From positions 1,007 to 65,006 of the forward strand of contig CAXIUT010000205.1 in NCBI GenBank assembly GCA_964035545.1: a stretch of 64,000 bases of DNA, read 5' to 3'. Position 1 is the stretch's first letter. Every line of letters starts with the position of its first letter. A model generated the notes under the pieces. The model did not search any database and was not told where the DNA came from. It saw only the letters and a list, made by a program, of their open reading frames with translations. The position numbers and the translations under genes were made by a program. The DNA is from Bugula neritina. Lineage: Eukaryota > Animalia > Bryozoa. Positions 1 through 13,229 of the stretch are shown here, piece by piece.

Positions 1-878
1 TGTCTAATTGCTTATTAAATATAGGTGATATAATTTATCTAAATAGGCATAGAACTAATTTAAATTATAAAAAGTTTATGTTATTTTTAAATTTTATTTT
101 TTTTGTAGATCCTTTTAGATTAAAAAAAAAAAAACACATTTTAAATTCGTTATATAATTTTGTATATAACTCTTTGTCTTTTAATAAACTAAAAAAACAT
201 AATGTCTTTAAATCTACTAAAGCTCTTAATTTAAATACTATTAATAATTGATATGTTAATCTTTTTTCTAAGATATTACTTTTTAATAAAAAAGAAGCGC
301 CTTACACTTTTTATAAAAGTGTAATTTGATTTTACAATCAAAATTATGAAATTAACAAAATAAATTCTATATCTACTAGTAGGACCAATCATTTATATTT
401 GAAATATTTGTTACCTCTTTTTTCAAGAACAAACTCTTATATACGATACAATCTTATTTCTTTTTGTAAAAAAGCAAATTTCAGTAACATATATAGCCCC
501 ACTGGTGAGGTAAAAACATATATACTAAATAATAAATACTGAAAATTTAAAGACTGATTGATTAAGAATAAAAAAAATGTAGTAAAACACCTTTTAGTGA
601 ATAATCATAAAAAAAGTGTTTTTTCTAATTGACGTAGGTATAATAATCATTTTTATAGATGATCTAAATATAGTTATTATGTGAATAGACGTAATACATT
701 AAAAAATATTTTTTTTTCTAAAAAAAGATCTGTGTCTAAAAACTATATTATAAATAACAAATTAAGTCCTTATATAAAAGATACAACTTTTTTACCATTA
801 AATTATTATAAATTAAATCTATTAAAACACATCAATTTTTTTAATAATAAAAAAAGTAAATTGAAATCCATAATATAA
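1..878 (+). CDS. rps4: 3' part of expanded ribosomal protein S4 (wrapped copy; full gene at 56605-58995)
   Basis: Same sequence as 58118-58995; frame open with TGA=Trp up to TAA at 876-878. Confidence 0.6.
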
Positions 879-882
879 TTTG

Positions 883-1809
883 ATGTTTTTATATAGTACC
901 ACACATTTTTTTATAAAAAAACATTGTTTTTTTATATATAAAAACGCCACACTTATTAGACACAAGCGTCTTTTTAAGGGGGTTAGGTCGTTAATAAGAC
1001 AGTTATTGGTACATTTGTTTGATTTGTATAAAAAAACTTTAAATAATTACAATGTTTATTTGAATACAATAAATTTAAAAAACAAATCTAACCATAGTTA
1101 TAATAACACTATTATAAAATTATTTTTGTATAGTTATTCTTTAATGTCTAATTTGAATGTCTTCAAAAAAGCTTTAAATAATTATGTCTTCTCTTTTTTT
1201 AGTATTTATTTAAATTTAAAGAATGTAGTATTTTTAAATAAAAAAACTTATTTATATAAGTTGTACATTTTTGTTTTTTTATATTATTTCTTTAGTGATT
1301 TAAAAGATACAAACTTTTTCGTATTAAACAAATTATATCTGTGTTTTAATTACTATTCTATAATAAATAGTTTTCATGACTCTTTAATAAAATGTTACTC
1401 CACTAATCTGAAGGTAGACTCATTGAACACTGATTCTATATTTAATAATAGTAACAATAAAATGTTTTATTTTTACCTGTTTAAAGTGCTTCGTTTTAAA
1501 CATTTCAATTTTAATACGCCTTCGAGAACAACTGCTTCTTTTTATATATCATATAAATCCTCTTATTTAAATATATTTATTATGAGACATTTTTATAGTA
1601 ATTATAGGTCTTTTATGACACATTTTAAATATTTTTTATATGGATATAAAAAATATTTTTATACTTCTATGTATCTGTACTCCTCATGACGGTTTTTTTT
1701 TAGATACAGTTATGCTCGTTACTTAAATAGTCTAAATATAACAGCAAGATTAGATACAACAAAATCAAAAAAGTTAAAAAACGTTTTAAAACTGAAGTTT
1801 GTATTTTAA
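883..1809 (+). CDS. orf308, basic AT-rich protein; possibly a separated C-terminal part of rps4
   Basis: TTG-ATG at 880/883 just after the rps4 stop; reads through TGA 1687-1689 to TAA 1807-1809; no recognisable motif. Confidence 0.55.
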
Positions 1810-1814
1810 AATAA

Positions 1815-2216
1815 ATGAATAACATAAAAAAACCTTTTTTTAATAAAAGCATTAATATAAAAAATAGAGTGTTTTTCAACGATAATAGTTACTATGTTAT
1901 TGCAGGAGATACTTGTTTTTTGTCTAAAAAATGTATAGACTCTTGTCTTAGAATAATACGTTTTTATATTAGAAGAGCCACAACAAAAAAGAATAAAAAA
2001 GTTATTACTTGTTTACAATTAAATATACCTGTTACCAAAAAAAGTAAAAAGACCAGAATGGGTGCAGGTAAAGGTAAAGTCAAAAAATTACTTTCTAAAG
2101 TGTACATGAATAGTATAATGTTTATTTTTAAAAACGTAAAACCTTTTATAATGTATAAAGTCTTTAAGTATTTAAAATACCATATGCCTATAAAGATATT
2201 AATATATAAAACATAG
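1815..2216 (+). CDS. rpl16: ribosomal protein L16
   Basis: PVTKKSKKTRMGAGKG motif typical of uL16. Confidence 0.93.
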   Translation: MNNIKKPFFNKSINIKNRVFFNDNSYYVIAGDTCFLSKKCIDSCLRIIRFYIRRATTKKNKKVITCLQLNIPVTKKSKKTRMGAGKGKVKKLLSKVYMNSIMFIFKNVKPFIMYKVFKYLKYHMPIKILIYKT

Positions 2217-2218
2217 AG

Positions 2219-2587
2219 ATGGTTTTAGTAGGTACACAATTACTTGTTTCAGATAATTCGGGGGCTATTTCAGTAAACTGTATAAAAATATTAGGTTCTA
2301 GTTTCTGTAATCACACTTATGTGGGTGATAAGTTAATAGTTTCAGTAAGAACTACATTTACAAGAGCGAAAACCTTACTACGTAATGTTTATAAGAGTGT
2401 TTTAATTAGACAAAAAACTTATACATATAGAAAAAGTGGTTTACGTATATGTTTTTCTTCAAACAGTGTTGTTCTTATAAAAATACGTAATGAACCAATA
2501 GGTACTCGAGTAGTCGGATGTACTTTACAGGAATTAAGGTATAAAAAGTTTTTAAAGATAATGTTACTTTCTTGGAAAACCATATAG
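2219..2587 (+). CDS. rpl14: ribosomal protein L14
   Basis: VSDNSGA...CIKILG, GD...VSV, PIGTRVVG...ELR motifs of uL14. Confidence 0.96.
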   Translation: MVLVGTQLLVSDNSGAISVNCIKILGSSFCNHTYVGDKLIVSVRTTFTRAKTLLRNVYKSVLIRQKTYTYRKSGLRICFSSNSVVLIKIRNEPIGTRVVGCTLQELRYKKFLKIMLLSWKTI

Positions 2588-2595
2588 CTTGTGAT

Positions 2596-3132
2596 ATGTT
2601 ATTTTATAAAGATTACAATAGTTTTATTTATTTTTTAAATATAAAAGAGAAAGTACATTTTTTTTACAATAGGTTTAAGCAATGAACGAGCATAATACAA
2701 CTTTTAATACACCGTATTAAAATAAAATATACTATATTGCCTTCTATAGATAACAATATTATCTTTTCTAACAATAAATTATTTTTTAATAATTTATTTT
2801 TTAATACGTTTTTTAATAACAATAAAAATACTAAATATAATACATATTTTTTAAATATAAAAATAACATTGCTATTTAATAACCATTACTATACATTAAT
2901 TAATATTATGAATAATACGTTTTATAAAAAAATATATATGGAAAAAACAAGATCACATATTAATTTCTTAAAACAAATTACAATTCATAATAATAATATA
3001 TATAAAGTCTTTAATAATGTGTTTTTACAATTAAAAAAAATTAAACCTATGTGTTATATATACTTCTTTTTTAATACAAACAATTATTTTTTTAATAAAT
3101 TAATACTAAGTCATTTGTTTATAAACATTTAA
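2596..3132 (+). CDS. rpl5: probable highly divergent ribosomal protein L5 (178 aa)
   Basis: ATG 2596, one TGA read as Trp. Size and position after rpl14 match uL5; sequence similarity is weak. Confidence 0.45.
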
Positions 3133-3135
3133 GAT

Positions 3136-4710
3136 ATGATGCTGCATTTATTTAAAACAAAACAAGTAGAAACAAAGAACGAATATATAGAGGGGTGATG
3201 TCGACTTATAGTCTCTAATGGTACCACATCTAGAGAAACAACTGAGCCTAATGAAATTTTAAACAACACAAAACGTAATGTATTTAACAATAAAGCTAAA
3301 GGACTTTTTAGAAGAACAGAGGTAATATTCAAGGCTAATAGATACTATTCTACATCTACTCACCTAAAAGAGAGAAAGTTTTGTCTTGACGTGTTTTCCA
3401 AAGATTGTCTTGACTTGTTGTCCAATCTAACAAATAATCTTGTAACACAGAAGAGATTATTTGTTAGAGGTACTTCTAATTTTAATTATTTTAATTATTC
3501 TTATAAATCGAATAGGTATTTTAAATGAAATAGCTTATCTTATGAAAAAATGATTAAACTATTTTCTTATGAATTTAAAGAACTTAATAATGCCGTGCAT
3601 ATTTTTTTCTTTTCTTCTCTTTTAATTAAATATTTAGTATGTATATCTAAAAATAAAATATTTTTATTATTCAATGAATTTATATTTTTTAAATTAAAGA
3701 ATCTATTAAATATAATTTTTAAGAATTCTTTTAATAAGTTATTTAATTTAAATTATATAGAATATTTTTATATTTTTAATTACATCTACAAAAGAAAACA
3801 TGATTTGTTTCTGTATAAATCCGAAGTAAAGAATTTATACAATAATGAGAAAGTACTTAGCTCTTTAAAAAAGAATTTACTTAATAAATTCTTTAGTAAG
3901 TATTGATTAAGAGGTAGTTACGTACATACATTTGTAATGAAATATATGTTACGCTTTTATAGAAACTTTTCTTCTAAAGAAGGTAAATATGTAAGACGTT
4001 CTTTTAAGAGATATAGCTTTCGTAAATTATTTGAACTAAATGCGAAGAATAATTGATTGGATAACATTTATAAGCCTTCTTCTAATAACAATTTAGAAAA
4101 AAAAATATTTCGTTACAAAAGTCTTTATAAAAAATATAAGTCTTTTTATAATACTTCTAATGTATCAGTCTACCGAGAAAATGGAATGGATAAAAGCCAT
4201 TTGAAAAAAAAAATATTTCAGAAAAGATCTTTTAACAAACAAATATTTATTTATCAAATAAAAACATTATTTCACTTAAGTAAAAGTAATTTAAGAAGAA
4301 ATCTCTTTTTGAATAATATACTAAAAACAAATTTTATTTTTAAACATAATAATTTGAAAAAGACTCTTATTAAAAAGTGTTTGACTAATTGATATTGAGA
4401 GAAAACAACAAATGCTATGAAAAAAAATAAGAGATTTTTTTTTAAAAACAATACTTATTTAAAAAAAAATATGAGATATGCTTCTTATTATTTTAATTCT
4501 TTTTTTAAATATGAAATAAAAATAATAAATTATTTTTATTTATATTTAAAAAAAAGTTTATTTTATTTAAAAAGTACGGATATTTTTTCTATGTTCAAAC
4601 AGTATATTTTCATTTATAAGTTCGATTGTACAAATATTAATATAGATAATTTAAATAAATTGTCTATCAACTTTTTTTTAAATTATAACGTAAACTTCTT
4701 AAAAAGTTAA
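3136..4710 (+). CDS. orf524, unknown basic protein
   Basis: ORF-track pieces 3550, 4057 and 4417 share one frame with ATG 3136, joined only by TGA codons; ends at TAA 4710. Confidence 0.7.
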
Positions 4711-4733
4711 CTTTTTTTTTTATAAAAACAAAT

Positions 4734-5618
4734 ATGTTCTCTAAAAATTATAGACCTCGTCATTATTATAATAATATTTTATTTACTCCTTGACCTTTTT
4801 TTATCGGTGTTTGTTTATTTCAAATAATATTTGTATTTATATTCTTATTAAATAAATATTATTTATTTAGTTATACAATAACTTATCTAATTTTTTTTAT
4901 TACATTATATATAACTATAGAATCAATAATACAATGATTTATGGAAATAGTTGAAGAATCTTTTTTTGGTAAGTATACAAAAAAACTTAGAGCAGCTCTT
5001 TCTTTTGGTTTTATGCTATTTCTAATTTCAGAAATAATGCTTTTTGGATCATTCTTTTGAGTGTTTTTTGATAGAATTTTTCATACTTCTTATGTAACAG
5101 GTTTTTTAACAGTACCTACAAGTATAGAGGCTATCAGATGATTTAAAGAACCTTTGTACGCAACAATTATATTAGTTGCATCAGGTTATACAGGTAATTA
5201 CTCTTGTTATCTATATAAATCAAGGAAAATAGTATTAGCTTATCTGTTTAGTATTTTAACGAATCTATTAGGTATGTTTTTTTTATATATACAGTATAGT
5301 GAATATACTCATTTAGAATTTAGTATATCTGATAATGTGTACTGTAGTATTTTTTTTTTATTAACAGGTTTTCATGGGATTCATGTAATAGTAGGTAATA
5401 TATTTTTATTTACACAATATCTGTTAAAGTTTTTTTATATTGATAATAAAGTATTTGGTTTAACATTAGCTTTAATATATTGACATTTCGTAGATGTAAT
5501 ATGAATATTTTTGTTTGTATTTGTTTATGTCTTTAATAACATAGATTATCTGTTCTTAAAAGGAGAAGCACTTCTTTATTATAGTGAGAACTTCACTTAC
5601 TTTTTAAATAGCAGATAA
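4734..5618 (+). CDS. cox3: cytochrome c oxidase subunit 3
   Basis: TP(W)PFF, FLISE.MLFGSFF(W), TGFHGIHV, Y(W)HFVDVI(W), with TGA at the conserved Trp sites. Confidence 0.96.
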
Positions 5619-6230
5619 ATGTTATTTAATTATATTTACATATTTTATATACTTATAATATTTTCTTCTTTTTTAATGATAGTTTCAAATAATCCAATAC
5701 ATTCTGTATTTTTTTTTATATCTATATTTCTTAATAGTTCAATAATTATTATTTTGCATAATATAGATTTTTTAGGATTCTTACTTCTAATAGTTTATGT
5801 AGGTGCAATAGCGATACTGTTTTTATTCGTAGTTATGATGACTAATATAAAGAGAATTGAAAACGATACGACAATCCATTTTTTTATAGGTATTTGTGTT
5901 TTTTTAATATTTGTTGTACAGTTCTTTTATATTTTTTATAATAATATTGTTTTTTACATACCTAATAATTTATTAATAAACATAAATGATTTTGAATTTA
6001 TTAACTATTTAAATGTGTCAGACGAGTATAACAGAACCTACTTAATTAAACAAATAGGTGTTCTTTTGTTTTTAAAGTATTATTTGTTTGTATTTTTTAC
6101 CGGTTTATTACTTTTAGTAGCTTTAATAGGTTGTATACACTTAACGAATTTTAAAAAAGGTTACTCTATGAGGAAACAATATAATCAATATTTTAGAAAG
6201 TATAATTTAATAAACATACAAACTTATTAA
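5619..6230 (+). CDS. nad6: NADH dehydrogenase subunit 6
   Basis: NPIHSV, LIVYVGAIAILFLFVVMM, LLVALIGCI. Confidence 0.96.
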   Translation: MLFNYIYIFYILIIFSSFLMIVSNNPIHSVFFFISIFLNSSIIIILHNIDFLGFLLLIVYVGAIAILFLFVVMMTNIKRIENDTTIHFFIGICVFLIFVVQFFYIFYNNIVFYIPNNLLININDFEFINYLNVSDEYNRTYLIKQIGVLLFLKYYLFVFFTGLLLLVALIGCIHLTNFKKGYSMRKQYNQYFRKYNLINIQTY

Positions 6231-6232
6231 GT

Positions 6233-7312
6233 ATGAAAAAAAAAATCTTAAACGTCTTATATTTATATAATATACATATCGGTCATAATTACAATTATAA
6301 TACAGAGTTAAATAATTATATTCTAGGTAAACGATTAGGCTTTTATATAATCGATTTATCAAAATCTTTTATATTATTAAAGAAAGCTTTGTTTTTTGTA
6401 CATAATTTATCGTTAAAACATTGTAGCTTCTTATTTTATTATAGCCAATACCCTAAAATGGAACTTTGATATAGATGTTTGTTATTAAGTTTAATAAAGA
6501 AACACTCTCAATCAATTGTAATACATAATTGAATTTATGGCTCCATTAGTAATTATTATTTTACTTTTTTTCATTTAATAAAAGAAATACATGATACGTG
6601 ATTAAATCATAATATTTATTTGTCTCCGAAGAAACATTTAAATAAGCATATTTATACCTATTATAATAGTAACAGTGAAGAATCTCTTTATTCTTTTTTT
6701 CATTATAAATTTTTATTACTAAAACATAAAAATAAAAGTAATACCCATCTAAAGAGTTTTAAGTGGTATAGGCATTGGTTAAGAAAACAAAACCAATATA
6801 GAGTCTGGAAGTTAAAAAAAGTGTCTAGTTACTACTTTAATTTTTTAAAAAAATTATTTTTCAATGATATTTACAATGTATTTAAAAAAAAAACACATTT
6901 TAATTTCAAATACTTGTTTTTAAAATTATTTTATTTTTTAAATCTAAAAAAAAAAGATTATTTTTTTTGGGATTCGGAAGTAGAATTAAAAAAAAAAAAT
7001 TATTATATACATAACAAATTTAAAATATACTGACGACTGATATTATATTTTAAATATTTTAATAATTTTTTTCAATTACCAGAAGCCTTTTTTTGTATTT
7101 TTCCGGATACGAATGATAACCCTTTGCGAGAATATAGTAATGCAGGGTTAAATTCTATTGGCTTAGTCGATACAAATAACAGTTTAGATAATATTAATTA
7201 TCCTATTATAAGTAATGATGATTCTATTGTTATAATTTTTTTTTATTATTCATTAATTTCAAATATATTATCTAAAAATAAATTATATTTCTATAAACTT
7301 TTTTGTAGATAG
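6233..7312 (+). CDS. rps2: ribosomal protein S2 (359 aa, central insertion)
   Basis: HIGH...YILGKR.GFYIIDL, (W)IYGSISN, LPEA, IGLVDTN...YPIISNDDS; one frame through TGA codons. Confidence 0.92.
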
Positions 7313-7393
7313 ATTACTTATGTATACTTGCTTACCTATTTTATACTTGCTTACTTGAGATCTTAAAGTTTTAAATATATATAATAATCTATT

Positions 7394-8032
7394 ATGTTAA
7401 TAAATAATAAGAATATTACTTTTTCTTTAAAAAAATATAATATACAAAATTATATATTTTTAATAATAACGATTCTAGATGCTTTGGATATAGCATTACC
7501 TAGATTCTGTTACCATGACCAATTAACTACCAGTGGTAATTGTAGAATGTGTCTTGTAGAATTAGAAGGTTCAACCGTGCCTTTAGTGTCTTGTTCTACT
7601 ATTTACACGAACAATATGGTACTATATACACATACCTCTTTTTTAAGACAAAGTCAAGAATACATAATTGAATTTATATTATTAAATCATCCTTTAGATT
7701 GTCCTATTTGTGACCAATCTGGTGAATGTGATTTACAAGATATATCTTTAATATTTGGATCTGATAAAAGTAGATTATATCATGTCAAGAAATCTATAAT
7801 TAATAAATATTTAGGTTATTTGATAAAGACAGAGATGAATAGATGCATTTATTGTACTAGATGCGTTAGGTATACTTTTGAAATAAACAATATCTATACA
7901 TTTAATACTTTAGGTAGAGGGGTATATACTGAAGTGTCCAATTATTATGGTAATAATAATTCTTTTTATACGAGCTATATAAATGGTAATGTTATTGATT
8001 TATGTCCAGTGTCTACTATAATTAATTATTAG
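7394..8032 (+). CDS. nad11: NADH dehydrogenase subunit 11, N-terminal Fe-S part (nad11a)
   Basis: PRFCYH..L...GNCRMCLVE, NHPLDCPICDQSGECDLQD, RCIYCTRCVR, GNVIDLCPV, then TAG. Confidence 0.96.
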   Translation: MLINNKNITFSLKKYNIQNYIFLIITILDALDIALPRFCYHDQLTTSGNCRMCLVELEGSTVPLVSCSTIYTNNMVLYTHTSFLRQSQEYIIEFILLNHPLDCPICDQSGECDLQDISLIFGSDKSRLYHVKKSIINKYLGYLIKTEMNRCIYCTRCVRYTFEINNIYTFNTLGRGVYTEVSNYYGNNNSFYTSYINGNVIDLCPVSTIINY

Positions 8033-8033
8033 T

Positions 8034-9518
8034 ATGGGTGCATTATCCTCTAAACCGTATCTATTTAAAAATAAGACTTGAGAGCTCTTTAGTATAGAGT
8101 CTGTAGACATTTTTGATAGTCTCTGTAATAAAATACAGTTTCATGTTAAAGATAACGTTATCGAGAGGGTGTTACCTAGAATAACATTACATTTAAGTGA
8201 TGATTGGATAACTGATAAAATACGCTTTTGTTATGATGGTTTTTATAAGCAACGATTATCATTACCTGGGTATAACTATAAAAGACTATGTGTTGGTATT
8301 TCTTATTTATGACATTTAATGCTGTGTAGTTGACATTTGTGCTTTGATAAAATAAAAATAAGTTATTATTTATACTTTAATAAGAGTATGAATAATTACC
8401 ATTTTTATAGTGGGCACTTAATAGATACTTTTAGTTTATATTCGTTAAAACAACTATCTTCTTTTATTGGGTTTCATAATATCAATATAAATTTGAACTT
8501 TAATATCGATTTGAGGAAATATTTTATTTTTAATAATAATATTAATAATTTTGATTCTAATAATCTTTTCTTAATATTAGGTACTAATCCTAAAGTAGAC
8601 ACACCTATTTTGAACATTAAAATCAGGAAAATAAAATTTTATTTCAATAAAAAAATAGACATTTTTTATATAGGAAATAAAATGCTTATTAATTATTCTA
8701 TGATACATTTAGGTATTACAAATAAAAGTTTTACTAGTATATTATTAGGTAAAAGTTTCTCTTGTTATAGTATTCTTAAAGTTTGTAACATACTTTGTTT
8801 GTTTAGTATAAGTTTTAATTTAATAAAAAGTCATCTTATGTTGTTAACGTTAGATAACCTTTCTTTTTTTTTAAAAAAACAGAACTTCATTTATAACTAT
8901 ATAACATTGTTTTCAAGTGATGTATCTATATATGAATTAGGTCTGAATTCGTATTACTACTCTAATAATTTATATATTAATAGATCTAAATTGAATTGAA
9001 TATACTTATTAGGAGTAGATTATACGAAGCATATGTTTTTCAAATTAAAAAAAGTTTTCTGTATATATCATGGACATCATGGTGATAATGGTATTTCTAG
9101 TTCGAATATTGTTATTCCTAGTAAAATGTTTATTGAAAATACAAGTTATTTTCTAAACTGTGAGGGACGTTTTTTTATTACAAATACTATTATCAATAGC
9201 GAGAAAAAAGAAAATTCGAATGAATCTATTTTATATAATTTATTTACTTATATAAGTAAGAAGTTAATTAAATACATAAAATTAAAAAACTTATTTACAG
9301 TGTTTTTTTATAAGTTACCTGTTTTTTTTACAAAATATAAATTTGTTTTAAAAAAGCATATAAAATGTTTTTTTAATTTACCTAATAAGTTGTTTAAGTG
9401 TTTTTTTTTTAATAATGTTTGAAATTACTATAATTTAGACGTAATAAGCAAGAATTCTTTTTACTTATCTTTTATACGTAATACAAACTTTTTTATTTAT
9501 AATTTCATACGTGTCTAA
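8034..9518 (+). CDS. nad11: NADH dehydrogenase subunit 11, C-terminal part (nad11b, 494 aa)
   Basis: Starts M-GALSSKPY..K..(W)EL, continuing CPV-GALTSKPY; also RVLPR...WITDKIRFCYDG, YHGHHGD, NCEGR; ends at TAA 9518. Confidence 0.9.
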
Positions 9519-10281
9519 TTCATTTAAAATTATATCTGTTATATCTGTAATATCTATTGTACTTCTTTTATGATTAATAAAACTCATAATATTTGTACTT
9601 TTATGTGTGTTACATTACATTTCAATTTCTTTTTTCTACAATAGAGAAAAGTTTTTAGGGGCCATACATAAACTAAAAGTAGAACTCTACAGCAAAAAAG
9701 CTTCTTTTTTTTACGCTTCTAATATAAAGTCAATAACTCAACACAAAAAGTGTTTTACTTATATCCATGCAGCGGCTCTTGAGAATAGTTTTGACGCGTT
9801 TATTATAAGAGGTTCTGCTGCTCATGTAATTTACCACATGACTGATTATATTAGAACTTACATTCATGATAAAATGAGACTTGTTCATCCAGGTAGGTAT
9901 TCATATACTACGTTTGAATCACTTATGAAAGTGGACCTGGCTATTTTAAAGAGAAATTTGACTACTAGGGATAGATCACATCCATTACATTTTGCATTTC
10001 TTGTACTTAACGCGTTAGACGAACATCGTTGACTAACTAATTTACGTTTTGATAGGTGGTCTTTGTTATTAGACCGCATTTGAAACACTTGTGTCTCTGA
10101 AGTATTTAGAGTGTATTATGGGCTTTCAGGATATTTACATTTACAATATGCACCATTTATGTGGCCATTCTTAGAGTTTGAAAGTTTACCATTATGCTAT
10201 TTCGAGTCTTTGCCATTCTCCACTTTACAAGTGATAATAGAAACTTCTCATAGTGATTGAGGAAGTTATAGTGATTTATAA
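9511..10281 (+). CDS. orf of about 256 aa, unknown, hydrophobic N-terminus (start uncertain)
   Basis: Frame of the 9607 ORF is open upstream to GTG 9511 and downstream through TGA codons to TAA 10281. Confidence 0.55.
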
Positions 10282-10447
10282 TATTTAAAACTGTTTATAC
10301 GATTATTCTTATATTTCCGATGATTATTATACGGTATCTGAAATAAAGCACAATAAGCTTATAAATATAAGCGTTACTTTCTAACTGAAACACAAAATAG
10401 GGATACACTTGAGTACCTGTTTTTTAGTTGAGACTTTAAATTACGAA

Positions 10448-11260
10448 ATGAATTATAAATTAGCTAATGACCTTCGTTTGAGATATTTTAAAATACATAA
10501 AATTTGTAAGTCGATTGAACTAGTGACCTTATCGTTATTACATCTTTACAAAAAAAAACAAGAAACGGTCTTTTTTATAATTAGATTACTAAGCTGTTCT
10601 AATATATTACCTTTACAAATATCCAACTTTGTAAGTTTAAAATATTTATTAGTACCTTTTTTAACAGACAAAAGTTGTAGTGGTATACTTAATCATTCAG
10701 TGTGGCACAAATCTAAAAACATATTTGACTTTTTTAATTATAAAAATATAATAGTACATATACATGGTACGAGTTTAAAATTTAAAAAATATATAAATCT
10801 TTTTTCTTTAAATAAATACAGTATAGGTAATATTTTATTTTTATCAGATGAGAGTGTAAGTTATTATATGTCTTATGTCTTATTTAAATCAGTAATGCAT
10901 TTAAAGTACAGTCTATTTATTTTAATATTTAATGAGTGTTTAAACATCTATAGTCAATCGACAAATTATTATATTTTTTTGTCTTTATCTTTGTTTTTAA
11001 ATATAATTATATTAGATAGATTTTTTTTATTAAGCAATAAAAAAATTTTAAAAAACTTATATTTTTATATAAACACTATAACGTTGTTAGATCTATTACA
11101 AAATAATTGGTTTAGTGAGTTAGGCAGCAGAGCTACTTCAATGAAAAATTCTATTACCAATTCCAAAGAAAATCTGGATCGTTATACTTTGTTATATAAC
11201 CGTTTTAGACAATCTAAAATAACTAATGAAATAATTGAGATCATATCTTCTTTATTATAA
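10448..11260 (+). CDS. atp3: ATP synthase F1 gamma subunit
   Basis: N-terminal LRLRYFKIHKICKSIELV, TDKSCSG.LN, and C-terminal SELGSRATSMKNSITN...LLYNRFRQSKITNEIIEIISS. Confidence 0.93.
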   Translation: MNYKLANDLRLRYFKIHKICKSIELVTLSLLHLYKKKQETVFFIIRLLSCSNILPLQISNFVSLKYLLVPFLTDKSCSGILNHSVWHKSKNIFDFFNYKNIIVHIHGTSLKFKKYINLFSLNKYSIGNILFLSDESVSYYMSYVLFKSVMHLKYSLFILIFNECLNIYSQSTNYYIFLSLSLFLNIIILDRFFLLSNKKILKNLYFYINTITLLDLLQNNWFSELGSRATSMKNSITNSKENLDRYTLLYNRFRQSKITNEIIEIISSLL

Positions 11261-11263
11261 TTT

Positions 11264-12064
11264 ATGTTTTTTGAATATATTAATCTTTTTATTTATAATA
11301 ACGTCAATAGTTTGAGTATACTATTTTTTAATGCCTTTGAGGGGTTTAGTATTGAGTACATAGATTTATGCTTTTTATGAAATAAAAATATGTTTTATTT
11401 CTTATTAACTTTTGTATTACTAAGGTTTAGTTTAATGTTTGTTTTATTTAATAATAACATATTAATGTCTCTAGTATGTGTTAACTATATACATGAATTT
11501 TTTAAATTCATTTTTAATTTAATATTAAATTATGTTAAATACAGAATTAATATTTTTTATTATTTTATTAGTTATATATTTTTTATTATTTTTTTTAATA
11601 ATGTTATTGGTTTACTACCATTTAGTAGTACAATTAATAGTCATTTTAATATAACTATCATATTATCATTCATCTGTTGATTTGGAATTATGTTAATAGG
11701 TTTTGCTAATTTTGGCAGAAATTTCATTTCTCTTTTTTGTGTATCAGGTATACCTGGTGTATTAGTACCGTTTTTAGGTGGTATTGAAATATTATCTTAT
11801 TTTTTTAGATTTGTAAGTTTATCACTTCGTTTATTTGCTAATATAGTAGCAGGCCATGTCTTATTAGAAACCATATATGTGTTTACTTTTTTTTTTCTAC
11901 TAAATTATTATAGTATCACTTTTCTAAATTTTATATGTTTTTTATTTCCTTTACAATTTCTTGTAATATTAATAATGTTTGAAACAGTAATCTCTTTTTT
12001 ACAAGCTTATATTTTTGCAGTGTTATCATTGATTTACTTAAAAGATTCGTTATATTTACATTAA
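11264..12064 (+). CDS. atp6: ATP synthase subunit a
   Basis: NVIGLLPF, EILSYFFRFVSLSLRLFANIVAGH, ETVISFLQAYIF..L...YL.D. Confidence 0.96.
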
Positions 12065-12065
12065 T

Positions 12066-13229
<1,164 letters not shown>

